Source of the DNA: Myxococcota bacterium
Lineage (GTDB): Bacteria; Myxococcota_A; UBA9042; PHBI01
Direction: 5' to 3'
Assembly: GCA_046351155.1 (NCBI GenBank)
Contig: JAXLYZ010000030.1
Location: 6,534-70,533 of the forward strand
DNA length: 64,000 bases
Shown here: positions 51,359 through 61,162 of the stretch, one piece after another
How the letters are laid out: each line of letters begins with the position of its first letter
How positions within the stretch are numbered: position 1 is the stretch's first letter
Notes under the pieces: model-generated
The model's database searches: none
Told to the model about the DNA's origin: nothing
Seen by the model: only the letters and a program-made list of their open reading frames with translations
Position numbers and translations under genes: made by a program

Positions 51359-52026
51359 GGCGTCACCGTCAGCGTCGACTGGGTCCAGGCCGTGCCGCCG
51401 GCCTTGGTGCGCGCCACGGCGATGATGGTCAGCGGCCCGGGCGCGCTCGGCGCGGTGAGCGTCGCCGGCTCGAGGCCGACCGTGCGCCGCGGCTCGAGCG
51501 TGCCGCCGGTCACGTACCAGCTCACCACGATGGCGGCCGCGTCGCTGCCTTCGCCGAAGCGCGGCATCACCTCCAACGCGGCGCCGGCCGCGAGGGTCGC
51601 GGGCGCGTCGAGCCCGCTCAGCGTCGGGTTGGTCGCCGCGCTGGTCGCCTCGACGAGCTTCACCGCCGGCAGCGCGTCGCCCGCCTCGGCGCGCAGCCAC
51701 AGCGACTCGACGCCGGTCGGCGCGGTCACGGTCAGCGGGTTGCCGCGGCCGAGGTCGAGCGCGTCGCCCGACGGGCACGTCAGCGGATCGGTCGGCGCCC
51801 ACGCCACCGGACAGGCCGACCACGCGACCTCGCCGCTCACGTCGAAGGTGAGGGCGGCGAGCTCCATCGGCTCGCCCGGCGCCAGCGCGGCCGGCTCGGT
51901 CTGCAGCGCCAGGAGCCGCGGCTCGGCCAGCACCTCGGCCGGGCTCATCTCGCAGGCCGCCAGCGAAGCGGCCGCGAGCACGATGAGCGTTATGAACGTC
52001 TTGGTCACGGGGTCCAGATAGAGCAC
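51355..52026 (-). CDS. Lipoprotein, function unknown; translationally coupled to the TonB-dependent transporter
   Basis: ITLIVLAAASLAAC (lipobox). 223 aa in the track ORF; an internal GTG (VTKTF...) is an alternative start. Confidence 0.75.
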   Translation of the reverse strand: MLYLDPVTKTFITLIVLAAASLAACEMSPAEVLAEPRLLALQTEPAALAPGEPMELAALTFDVSGEVAWSACPVAWAPTDPLTCPSGDALDLGRGNPLTVTAPTGVESLWLRAEAGDALPAVKLVEATSAATNPTLSGLDAPATLAAGAALEVMPRFGEGSDAAAIVVSWYVTGGTLEPRRTVGLEPATLTAPSAPGPLTIIAVARTKAGGTAWTQSTLTVTP

Positions 52027-52092
52027 CCGGCGCTCGCGGGCAAGCGCCGGGTGCGTTCCATCCGTGATGCGATCAGCCCACCCCGGGCCGGT

Positions 52093-55000
52093 TCAGAGGC
52101 TCCGGCGCCGCGCGCGCGCGCTCACGACCACGGCGCCGGCGAGCAGCGCCAGCGTCGCGAGCAGGCTCGGATCGCCGCCGGCCGCGCAGCCGCCCCCGCC
52201 CGAGATGACCTTGGCCTCGGCGGTGGTGTCGGTGCCGCCGCTGCTGTCGGCGATGGTGTCGGGCGTGGTCGAGGTGTCGGAGACGTCCTCGATCACGTCG
52301 GGCTCGGGCTCGACCACGATCTCGTCGACCGGCTCGGGGCCGACCTCGGGCTCGGGCTCGGGCTCGCTGTCGGGGTTCTCGGTCGGGGCCACGCAGGCGC
52401 CGGCGGTGTCGAAGCAGCGCAGGCCGCCGCTGGCGTGCTCGCGGCACACCTGCTCGGGGCCGCAGTCGTCGTCGCTGGTGCAGGCCATGAGGCAGCGGTC
52501 GCCGTCGGTCGTCGACAGGCAGTTGCTGTTGTTGCCGCACTCCTCGTCGTCCTCGCACGCCACGCAGTGGGTCGCCGTGCAGCCGCCGATGGTGCGGCAG
52601 ATCTCGCCGTCCTCGCAGGCCACCGCCACGCCGCCGCACGCGCCGCCCTCGCCGCACACGTCGTCGCTCGTGCAGGCGTTGCCGTCGTCGCAGTCGGTGC
52701 CCGGCGTCGCCAGCACGCGCGTGCAGTCGGTGCCGTTGGGCGTCGAGCTCGACTCGCACACGCCCGGCGTGCAGGTGAAGGCCGTGCCGGCGCAGGCGCC
52801 CGAGCCGTCGCAGTGGTCGCTGCGGGTCGAGAGGTTGCCGTCGTCGCAGGTCGCGGTGTTGGGCTTGAAGGTGCGCACGCAGTCGCTGCCGTCGGCCACC
52901 GAGGTCAGCTCGCACTGGCTCGGCGTGCAGGTGTAGGCCGTGCCGGTGCAGGCGCCCGAGCCGTCGCAGTGGTCGTCCTTGGTGGTCGCGCTGGAGTCGT
53001 TGCAGGTGGCGGTGTCGGGCTTGTTGGTGACGGTGCAGTCGACGCCGTTGGGCACCGAGCTCGCCTGGCACTGCGTCGCGGTGCAGGTGATGGCGGTGCC
53101 GCTGCACGCGCCCGACCCGTTGCAGTGGTCGTCCTTGGTGGCGGCGTTGCTGTCGTCGCAGGTGGCGGTGTTGGGCTTGTTGGTGACGGTGCAGGTGGCG
53201 CCGTTGGGGACCGAGCTCGCCTGGCACTGCGTCGGCGTGCAGGTGAAGGCGGTGCCGCTGCACGCGCCCGAGCCGTTGCAGTGGTCGTCCTTGGTCGACG
53301 CGTTGGCGTCGTCGCAGGTGGCGGTGTCGGGCTTGTTGGTCGTCGTGCAGCCGGTGCCGTTCGCCACCGAGGTCAGCTCGCACTGGCCCGGCGTGCAGGT
53401 GTAGGCCGTGCCGGCGCAGCCGCCCGAGCCGTCGCAGTGGTCGTCCTTGGTGCCGACGTTGCCGTCGTTGCAGGTCTCGGTCACCGCCTTGTTGGTGACG
53501 GTGCAGCTCGTGCCGTTGGGGGTCGAGCTCGCCTGGCACTGGGTCGGCGCGCAGGTGAACGGCGTGCCGGCGCAGCCGCCCGAGCCGTCGCAGTGGTCGT
53601 CCTTGGTGGCCAGGTCGCCGTCGTCGCAGCTGGCGGTCGGAGCCTTGTTGGTGATGGTGCAGTCGACGCCGTTGGGCACCGAGGTCTGCTGGCACTGGGT
53701 CGGCGTGCAGGTGTACGGCGTGCCGGCGCAGCTGCCCGAGTGGCAGGTGTCACCGCGCGTGCCGGCCTGGCCGTCGTTGCAGGTGCCGCCCTCGCCGATG
53801 GGGGTCACGACGCAGGTCGCGCCGTCGGGCGTCGAGGTCTCGCACGCGTTCGACGGCGTGCAGGTGTAGGGCGTGCCGCTGCAGCCGCCGCTGCCGTCGC
53901 AGTGGTCGTTCTTGGTCGACAGGTTGCCGTCGGTGCAGGTCGCGCTGGTGTCCTTGGGCGTGGCGGTGCAGCCGATGCCGTTCGGGACCGAGGTCAGCTC
54001 GCACTGGCTCGGCGTGCAGGTGTAGGGCGTGCCGTTGCAGGCGCCCGAGCCGTTGCAGTGGTCGTCCTTGGTCGACGCGTTGGCGTCGTCGCAGGTCGCG
54101 GTCGGCCCCTTGTTGGTCACGGTGCAGTCGGTGCCGTTCGTGACCGAGGTGAGCTCGCACTGGCTCGGCGAGCAGACGTAGAGCGTGCCGCCGCACAGGC
54201 CCGAGCCGTTGCAGACGTCGTTCTTGGTGTCGAGGTTGCCGTCGTTGCAGGTGGTGTTCGGGTCCTTGAAGGTCCGCGTGCAGTCGACGCCATTGGGCAC
54301 CGACGTCACCTCGCACTGGTTCGGCGAGCAGATGTACGGCGTGCCGGCGCAGACGCCGGCCTGGCAGTGGTCGAGCTTGGTGCCGTTCAGGTGGTCGTCG
54401 CAGGTCGTGGTCGGCGGCTCGAACGTCACGGTGCAGTCGACGCCGTTCGGCACCGAGGTCGCCTCGCAGACCTTGGGCGTGCAGGTGTACGGCGTGCCGG
54501 CGCAGACGCCGGAGGTGCAGATGTCGCCCTTGGTCGAGGCCTGGAGATCGTCGCACGACTCGCCCTCGCCGATGGGGCTCACGATGCAGCCGCCGAGGCC
54601 ATCGGGCAGCGACCTCTCGCAGAGGTTCGACGGCGTGCAGGTGTAGGCCGTGCCGGTGCAGGCGCCGGCGCCGTCGCAGTGGTCGTCCTTGGTGCCGAGG
54701 TTGCCGTCGTTGCAGGTCTCGGTCGCGAGCTTGGGCGTCGTGTCGCAGCCCGTGCCGTTGGGCACCGAGGTCAGCTCGCACTGGCCCGGCGTGCAGGTGT
54801 AGGCCGTGCCGGCGCAGCCGCCCGAGCCGTTGCAGTGGTCGTCCTTGGTGGTGACCTGGCCGTCGTCGCAGGTGGCGGTCGGGCCCGAGAAGATCACGTC
54901 GCAGCCCGTGCCGTTGGGCACCGACGTCGCTTCACAGGTGCCCGGCGTGCAGGTGTAGGGCGTGCCGACGCAGGCCTTGGCGGCGCAGGTGTCGTTCTTG

Positions 55001-56673
55001 GTGGCGGGGTTCTGGTCGTCGCAGGCCAGCGTGTTGGCGTCGTGGGTGCAGCCGGTGGCGGCGACGCAGCCGTCGGTGGTGCAGACGTTGAAGTCGTCGC
55101 AGTTGGCCGGCACACCCGCGCTGCAGGTGCCCGCGAAGCACACGTCGGAGACGGTGCACAGGCTGCCGTCGCCGTCGTCGGGGCAGGTGCACTTCACGGC
55201 GATGACGAAGGTCGAGGTCACGCCCGGGTCGGTCGAGACGAACTCGGGGAGGGTGTAGCTCCAGGTCGCGTTCGAGCTGGCCGGGTCGGCGATGATGCCG
55301 AGCGCGACGTCGGGCGGGACGTTCGTGAAGGTGGCCTTGCCGTCGGCGCCGGTGGTCGCGGGGTCGCCGACGTCGAGCAGGAAGTCCCAGCCCGAGAGGC
55401 CGGGCTCGCCCGGGTCCTGCACGCCGTCGCCGTCGGTGTCGAAGAAGACCTGCACCACGATGGTGCCGTCGCAGAGCGGGATGGTGCCGGACGGGGTGTT
55501 CACGCAGGCGACCACGTCGATGCTCGCGGCGTTGGAGTCGGTCGAGTAGCTGGCGCCCGAGGTCGCTCCTTTATAGGAGGCCTTGGCGGTGTTGCTGATG
55601 GTGCCCGGCGCGGCGCGGTCGGCGACCTCGACCTGGAACGAGACGAGCGCCAGGTCGCCGATGGCGATGGCGCCGACGTCGACGGTCAGGAGCTGGCCGA
55701 CGATGGAGCCGCCGTCGCCGTCGGCCGCGGTCGTGAAGGTCAAGGTGTCGGTCGAGGTGTCGACCGTGAAGGTCGTGCCGTGCACGTGCACGTCGGCCGG
55801 CAGCGTGTCGGTGACGACGACGTTGGCGATGCCCTCGGTCGAGGTCATCTCGGGGCCGACGAGCACGAGGTAGTCGAGCAGCGAGGTCGGGCCGACCGGC
55901 CCGGTGTCGACCGGGTCGACCTCCTTCGAGACGGTCACGGTCGGGGGCGGGCCGGTGTTGCCGTGCGCGGTGAGCTTGAAGTCGTCGATGGCGAGGCCGT
56001 CGTCGGTGCCGGTCGAGTCGACGTCGACCACGCGCACCCACAGCGTCGTGCCCTTGGGCCAGGCGAGCGTGACGGTCTGGCTCTTGTTGGTCTGGAAGGC
56101 GCTGTCGTTGCCGTTGGTGCCGGTGAGCGAGCCGGCGAGGCTCGGCGTCGGGAAGTCGAGCTCCGGCACCGTCACCCAGCCGCTCGCGGTCGCGAGGCCG
56201 GTGGCGCCGAGGTTGTACTGGATCTGCAGCTTGTCGACGCTCGAGTTGCCGCGCCGCCACTGCTCGCCGCGGAACGCGATGGTGACCGAGGTCACGTCCG
56301 ACCCGGTCGAGTTGGTGAAGCCGGCGCCATAGGTCGCCTGCGTGACGGTGCCGCTGCAGATGCTGCCCAGCGCGCGCTCGTTGCTGTTGTTGGCGCCGAA
56401 GCTGTAGGTGTCGCCGCTCGCCGAGCTGCCGCTGCCGTCGCCGGCGCGGTAGCTGGTCGTGCCGCCGCCGCCGGTCTCGAGGATGGCCCAGCCGGCGGGG
56501 AGCGTCGTCAGGTTCGTGCCGGTGTTGGCGAGCGCTCCGTCGTCGAAGCCCTGCGTGTAGGTGGACTCGAGGGCGCTGATGGGCACTTCGCCGGCCGCCA
56601 GCGCCGTGCCTGTGCCGAGTCCTGCCATCAAACAGACTGCACCGATGAAACCGCTCGTGAGCGCGTACCGCAT
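52093..56673 (-). CDS. Giant cell-surface protein with an N-terminal beta-sandwich region, DUF11-like and SdrD-B-like domains, 15 tandem six-Cys repeats and a MYXO-CTERM sorting tail
   Basis: ATG at 56673 follows GGGGAG; signal peptide MRYALTSGFIGAVCLMAGLGTGTALAAG. FFDTDGDGVQDPGEPGLSGW is SD-repeat B-domain-like. Fifteen units fit the pattern CxDGNxxTKDDHCxGSGxCxGTxYTCTPxQCxxTSVPNGxxCTVTNKxxTAT. The C-terminus GGGGCAAGGDPSLLATLALLAGAVVVSARARRRSL has the Gly-Cys, hydrophobic helix and Arg cluster of the MYXO-CTERM pattern. Confidence 0.93.
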   Translation of the reverse strand: MRYALTSGFIGAVCLMAGLGTGTALAAGEVPISALESTYTQGFDDGALANTGTNLTTLPAGWAILETGGGGTTSYRAGDGSGSSASGDTYSFGANNSNERALGSICSGTVTQATYGAGFTNSTGSDVTSVTIAFRGEQWRRGNSSVDKLQIQYNLGATGLATASGWVTVPELDFPTPSLAGSLTGTNGNDSAFQTNKSQTVTLAWPKGTTLWVRVVDVDSTGTDDGLAIDDFKLTAHGNTGPPPTVTVSKEVDPVDTGPVGPTSLLDYLVLVGPEMTSTEGIANVVVTDTLPADVHVHGTTFTVDTSTDTLTFTTAADGDGGSIVGQLLTVDVGAIAIGDLALVSFQVEVADRAAPGTISNTAKASYKGATSGASYSTDSNAASIDVVACVNTPSGTIPLCDGTIVVQVFFDTDGDGVQDPGEPGLSGWDFLLDVGDPATTGADGKATFTNVPPDVALGIIADPASSNATWSYTLPEFVSTDPGVTSTFVIAVKCTCPDDGDGSLCTVSDVCFAGTCSAGVPANCDDFNVCTTDGCVAATGCTHDANTLACDDQNPATKNDTCAAKACVGTPYTCTPGTCEATSVPNGTGCDVIFSGPTATCDDGQVTTKDDHCNGSGGCAGTAYTCTPGQCELTSVPNGTGCDTTPKLATETCNDGNLGTKDDHCDGAGACTGTAYTCTPSNLCERSLPDGLGGCIVSPIGEGESCDDLQASTKGDICTSGVCAGTPYTCTPKVCEATSVPNGVDCTVTFEPPTTTCDDHLNGTKLDHCQAGVCAGTPYICSPNQCEVTSVPNGVDCTRTFKDPNTTCNDGNLDTKNDVCNGSGLCGGTLYVCSPSQCELTSVTNGTDCTVTNKGPTATCDDANASTKDDHCNGSGACNGTPYTCTPSQCELTSVPNGIGCTATPKDTSATCTDGNLSTKNDHCDGSGGCSGTPYTCTPSNACETSTPDGATCVVTPIGEGGTCNDGQAGTRGDTCHSGSCAGTPYTCTPTQCQQTSVPNGVDCTITNKAPTASCDDGDLATKDDHCDGSGGCAGTPFTCAPTQCQASSTPNGTSCTVTNKAVTETCNDGNVGTKDDHCDGSGGCAGTAYTCTPGQCELTSVANGTGCTTTNKPDTATCDDANASTKDDHCNGSGACSGTAFTCTPTQCQASSVPNGATCTVTNKPNTATCDDSNAATKDDHCNGSGACSGTAITCTATQCQASSVPNGVDCTVTNKPDTATCNDSSATTKDDHCDGSGACTGTAYTCTPSQCELTSVADGSDCVRTFKPNTATCDDGNLSTRSDHCDGSGACAGTAFTCTPGVCESSSTPNGTDCTRVLATPGTDCDDGNACTSDDVCGEGGACGGVAVACEDGEICRTIGGCTATHCVACEDDEECGNNSNCLSTTDGDRCLMACTSDDDCGPEQVCREHASGGLRCFDTAGACVAPTENPDSEPEPEPEVGPEPVDEIVVEPEPDVIEDVSDTSTTPDTIADSSGGTDTTAEAKVISGGGGCAAGGDPSLLATLALLAGAVVVSARARRRSL
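52693..55023. repeat. Array of 15 tandem repeats of about 153-159 bp (51-53 codons) inside the MYXO-CTERM gene
   Basis: Repeat boundaries were counted from the translated protein (777 aa in total). Neighbouring units share long identical nucleotide stretches, for example GCAGTGGTCGTCCTTGGT and GGCGTGCAGGTGTAGGCCGTGCCGG. Confidence 0.9.
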
Positions 56674-56766
56674 GACTGACTCCCCATGGGGCGCCGTCGC
56701 GCCCCGTTAGCGGGCGATATCATGGCATCGGCGTCCGACCGACGCGAGAACTTCGTGGGCGGTCGC

Positions 56767-58461
56767 TCAGGGCGCGGGCGCGCGCGGGGCGAGGCGCCAG
56801 CGATCGCGAATGTCATCGTGGCCGAGCACGCTGAGCTGGACGCGGTCGCCGAGCGCGAAGCGGCGGCCGCCGACCGAGGCCGACACGCCGCCCTTGTCGA
56901 GCGCGAAGTCCTTGCCGAGGTCGACGGCGTAGACCTTCACCTCGAGCGGCGGGTCGTCGAGCTGCACATAGAGCTTGTCGGGGCCGAGGCCGAGCACGAT
57001 GCCGGCGAGCTCCATGCCCGGCCGCAGCAGCGCGTCGATGACGAGCTGGTTGGCGGCCTTGGTGAGCTCCTTCTGGAGCACCTTGGCGGCGTTGGCCTTC
57101 TGGATGACCGCGTCGCGCAGCGCCAGGTCGGCCGGGTCACCGGGCACTCCCGCCAGGGCCTCGAGCGCCTCCTTGTGCGTGAAGATGCCGACCATCTCCC
57201 GCATCGGCGACGAGAAGCGCGCGTAGAGCGGCACGCCCACGCCGTAGTGCAGGCCGGGCTCGGCGGCGAACGACGAGCGCTGGTTCACGAGCAGCGCCTG
57301 GCGCTCGATGGCCTGGGCGATGGCCGCGTGCGGGCCGGTCGTCGGCAGGCGCGCGACGTAGGCCGCGAGCGGCTCGTCGGCCGCCTTCCAGCGCCAGCTG
57401 GCGTCGAGCTGATGGAGCGCGACGAGCGCGCCGATGTGGCGCTCGAGCGCTGCGATGTCGACCTCGGCCGGCTCGGGGTGCACGCGGAAGATGGCCTGCA
57501 GCGACGGGTCGCCGAGGTGGCGCGCCAAGAGCTCGGCGCCCTCGCTGTTGACGAGCAGGGAGATCTGCTCGTTGTAGCGGTCGGTGTCGGTGCGACCCTC
57601 CTCGAAGGCGACGAAGCGCAGGCCGGCCTGGTCGGCGTAGCCGATCTCGATCTCGTGGCGCACGTACTCGACGACGTGGCGCGCCTCGGCGAGCTTGATG
57701 CGGCGCTGCCCGACCACGCGCAGCTCGTCGAGCGTCTCGCTGAAGTCGTGGCCGGCGAGGCTGCCGTCGCCGTAGTGGCGCTGGACGCCGTGGTAGCTGA
57801 GCTTGGCGCGGCTCCGGATGCGGCCGCGCACGAACGAGGTCGCGCGCACCTGGCCGGCCCCGTCGAGCTCGGCGCGGAAGACGAGGGCTCGCCGGCGCAC
57901 GTCGGCGTTCAGGCTGACGATGCCCTCGGACAGCGAGCGCGGCAGCATCGGCACGACCACGCCGGGGAGGTAGTAGCTCGCGCCGCGGGCCAGCGCCTCG
58001 CGGAAGAGGGCCGTGCCCGGGCGTACATAATAGGAGGCGTCGGCCAGCGCGTACCACACCACGTGGCCGTCCGGGTCGGCCTCGTCCTTGGCGATGCACA
58101 GCGCCTGGTCGAGGTCGCGGCTGTCGTCGTTGTCGATGGTGCAGAAGGCGAGGTGCTCGAGGTCGACGAGCGCCGGGTCGTCGATGCCGGGCGCCGCGAC
58201 GCACGCCTGGGCCTCGGCCTCGACGGCCGGCGGGTGCAGCGGGTCGAGCTTGAAGCGGGCCGCGATGCGATGGATCGCCGCCTTGGCCGAGCCGGCCTCG
58301 GCCAGGAGCTCGAGCGCGGCGGGCGCGCCGTCGACGGCCGTCACGTGGACGATGCTGCCATCGGCGAGCGCGGTCGCGACCGGGATCGGAGGGACGCGTC
58401 CGAGCAGGTCGCGCGCGGTGCCATGAGCAATCTCGGCCAGGAGTTCCATCGCCGCGAGCAT
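56767..58461 (-). CDS. RNB-domain 3'-5' exoribonuclease (RNase II/R family) with a C-terminal S1-like domain
   Basis: RNB motifs: FCTIDNDDSRDLDQAL, VWYALADASYYV, YLPGVVVPMLP and HYGVGVPLYARFSSPMREMVG. 564 aa. Confidence 0.9.
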   Translation of the reverse strand: MLAAMELLAEIAHGTARDLLGRVPPIPVATALADGSIVHVTAVDGAPAALELLAEAGSAKAAIHRIAARFKLDPLHPPAVEAEAQACVAAPGIDDPALVDLEHLAFCTIDNDDSRDLDQALCIAKDEADPDGHVVWYALADASYYVRPGTALFREALARGASYYLPGVVVPMLPRSLSEGIVSLNADVRRRALVFRAELDGAGQVRATSFVRGRIRSRAKLSYHGVQRHYGDGSLAGHDFSETLDELRVVGQRRIKLAEARHVVEYVRHEIEIGYADQAGLRFVAFEEGRTDTDRYNEQISLLVNSEGAELLARHLGDPSLQAIFRVHPEPAEVDIAALERHIGALVALHQLDASWRWKAADEPLAAYVARLPTTGPHAAIAQAIERQALLVNQRSSFAAEPGLHYGVGVPLYARFSSPMREMVGIFTHKEALEALAGVPGDPADLALRDAVIQKANAAKVLQKELTKAANQLVIDALLRPGMELAGIVLGLGPDKLYVQLDDPPLEVKVYAVDLGKDFALDKGGVSASVGGRRFALGDRVQLSVLGHDDIRDRWRLAPRAPAP

Positions 58462-58587
58462 GCCGTGAAGGCGACCCGATGGCGAGCCAGGCCGGCCGGT
58501 TCTCGGGGCGTTTCGTCCACTTGCAGGTTACAGTCACGATTGTCTTGGGTTTGACCCGGACGGCCAGGACGGCCACGTTTGGCCGGC

Positions 58588-60307
58588 ATGCAGAATGTGG
58601 TCTCGGCCTGGATCGACACTGACGGTCTCGTCGCCGGCGCGCGCTGCCGCCGCCTCCGCTGGCCGGCGGCCGACGGCTCGGCGTCGATCGAGCTGACGTT
58701 CCCGGTGCAGGACGAGCTCGCCGCGTTCGAGATGCTGCAGCGCGCCAAGGCGTTCTCCGATCCGGTGTTCGCCCCCATCGTCGACTTCTCGGTCGACGAC
58801 GAGGTCGCGGTCGTGCGCTACGGCGGCGACGTCGACACCTTCCTCGCCACGCGCGAGGGCACGCTGTCGGTGGGCGAGGTGGTGCGCGTCACGGACCAGA
58901 TCCTGGCCGGCCTCGAGCAGGCCCACGCGCGCGGCCTCGTGCACCCGGCGCTGTCGGCCTCTTGCGTGCGCCTCACCACCGGCTTCGACGGACGCGTCAC
59001 GGCCCAGGTGCTGGGCCTCGGGCTGCCGCTCGACGCCGAGCGCACGCCGGCCGACGACGTCACCGACGTCGCCACGACGGCCTACCTGCTGACGACCGGC
59101 AAGCACCCGAACCAGGCGCGCGACGCCACCGGTGCGCTCCTGCCGATCAGCATCGCCAAGCCCGGCGTCACGACGCCGCTCTCGTTCGAGCAGGCCATCC
59201 TGCGCGCGCTCGGCGCGCACGGCTTCTTCACCGCGGCCCAGATGCGGCACGCGCTGGTGGCGGGCGATCGCGGCCGCAGCGCGTCGCGCGTCAACGTGCA
59301 GACGATGCCGCGCACGGGCCAGCGGCCGCGCAGCCAGGACTCGTTCGTCGGCCCGCTGCCGACGGCCGCGGCCGAGCCCGCCCCGGCCGAGCCCGCCGCC
59401 GCGAGCCCGTCGGGCCCCGCGCCGACGCCGCCCGCCGCGCCGGTGGCCGCGCCCGCGGCCGCGCTCGCGCTGGCGCCGAGCCCCACGGCCGGCCCGGTGG
59501 CGGCCCCGCCGAAGAAGCGCGGCGCGGTCTGGGCGGCGCTCTTCCTGCTCCTGGTCGCGGCCGGCGTCATCGTCGGCGTGCTCATGAGCGGCGGCGATCA
59601 GACCGCGGGCCTGGTCGGCGAGCCGCCGGCCGACGCCGCTGCCAGCACGGCGTCGCGCGTCGTGGTCGCGACCACCGCGCCGGCCAGCCCCGCCGAGCGC
59701 CCCGCCGAGCGCCCCTCCGAGCGCCGCGACCACGGCCCCGATCGTCGCCGAAGCGCCCGACGTCGCGGTGCCCGACAGCGCGCCCGAGCAGGTCGCGGCC
59801 GCCGACGTCGCGCCCGACAGCGCGCCCGAGCCGGTCGCGGCCGCCGACACCGCGCCGCCGCCGACGCCGATCTCGCACCTCACGCTGACGAGCGAGCCGA
59901 CCGGGGCCGAGGTGTCCGAGGGCGAGCGCGTCCTCGGGCGCACGCCGCTCACGGTCGAGCTGCCGGCCGGTCGCCACACGCTGGCGCTCCGCGCCAAGGG
60001 CTACGAGCCCGACGAGCTGACGCTCGACCTGCTCGCCGACGGCGCGGTCACGCAGGCCATCGAGCTCGACCGCGCCGGCGGGCCGGTGGTGCATCGGCGC
60101 CGCCCCGCTGCCAGCGCGGTCGCCGCGCCGACGACGGGGCCGACCGCCCCGGCCGTCGTCACGCCGCCGGTCGAGACCGCGCCCGTCACCGCCACCGAGG
60201 CCGAGCCCCCGCGGCCCCGCCTGCTCGGCACCGAGACGCGCCCGAGGCTGCTCGGCCAGGACCCGCCGGCCCCCGCCATCAAGGTGCTCGGCACGCCGAA
60301 CCCCTGA
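58588..60307 (+). pseudogene. Kinase-like (probably pseudokinase) membrane protein with a C-terminal PEGA domain; one frame break as sequenced
   Basis: ATG at 58588 (track ORF starts at TTG 58579). The catalytic-loop position reads ARGLVHPALSASCVRL in place of HRDxKxxN. No GxGxxG and no DFG. Transmembrane helix VWAALFLLLVAAGVIVGVL. After a Pro/Ala-rich stretch the sequence continues in track ORF 59768..60307 with a PEGA domain (LTLTSEPTGAEVSEGERVLGRTPLTVELPAGRHTLALRAKGYEP). The break lies somewhere in 59650-59735. Confidence 0.7.
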
Positions 60308-60345
60308 CGTCCCCTCCGACGCCCCGTCAATCCAGGAGCCCATCC

Positions 60346-61113
60346 GTGACGAGACTCGCTTCTCTGCTGGTCCTCATCATCGCGTCGCAGGCGCTGCCGA
60401 GCCCCGCGCACGCCGCCGATCCGACGCCCGCCGAGCGCTTCCAGATGCTCACCACCGAGGCCGAGGGGCACTACGCGGCCGGTCGCTACCAGGCCGCGGT
60501 CGACAGCTACCTCGCGGCGTACGCCGTCGTGCCGAGCCCGGATGCGCTCTACAACGTCGGCTACATCTACGAGACCAACCTCAAGAACACCGCGCTCGCG
60601 ACCGACTTCTATCGGCGCGTGGTGCGCGACCCGAGCTCGCGCGCCGATCTGGTGAAGCTCTCGACCGAGCGCATCAGCGCCATCGAGGCGGCCGCGGCCG
60701 TCGGCGACGTGCGCCCGAAGGTGCTGACCGGGCCGGGCGTCGGCGGCAACACCGTGGGCGGCGGCGTCGAGGTCGGCAAGCCCGAGCCGTCGGTCGTGCC
60801 GTGGGTGCTCATCGGCGTCGGCGGCGCCGCCATCGTCGGCGGCATCTTCGTCGGCGTCGCCGGCTCGGCCAAGCACTCCGACTTCGAGAACCACGACGGC
60901 GGCCTCGCCGGCATGCGCGACAACGCCGACAGCGGCAAGACGCTGTTCGTGGCGAGCGACGTCCTGTGGCTGAGCGGCGTCGCGCTGGCGGCCACCGGCA
61001 CCGTCATGCTGCTCATGCGCGGGGGCGACGCGGCGCCGAGCTCGAGCGGGCTCGAGTGGGCGCCGAGCGCCAGCCCCGACGGCGCCGGCATCACCATGCG
61101 GACGGGCTTCTGA
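60346..61113 (+). CDS. Secreted TPR-like protein with a C-terminal membrane segment
   Basis: GTG at 60346 follows CAGGAG and gives VTRLASLLVLIIASQALPSPAHA (signal peptide). TPR-like segment GHYAAGRYQAAVDSYLAAYAVVPSPDALYNVGYIYE. Transmembrane segment VVPWVLIGVGGAAIVGGIFVGVAG. This is the tail of track ORF 58579..61113. Confidence 0.75.
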   Translation: MTRLASLLVLIIASQALPSPAHAADPTPAERFQMLTTEAEGHYAAGRYQAAVDSYLAAYAVVPSPDALYNVGYIYETNLKNTALATDFYRRVVRDPSSRADLVKLSTERISAIEAAAAVGDVRPKVLTGPGVGGNTVGGGVEVGKPEPSVVPWVLIGVGGAAIVGGIFVGVAGSAKHSDFENHDGGLAGMRDNADSGKTLFVASDVLWLSGVALAATGTVMLLMRGGDAAPSSSGLEWAPSASPDGAGITMRTGF

Positions 61114-61162
61114 ACCAGCCATGGGCCACCGGCCGAGACCGGTGCCTTCGAGGGGGAACGCG

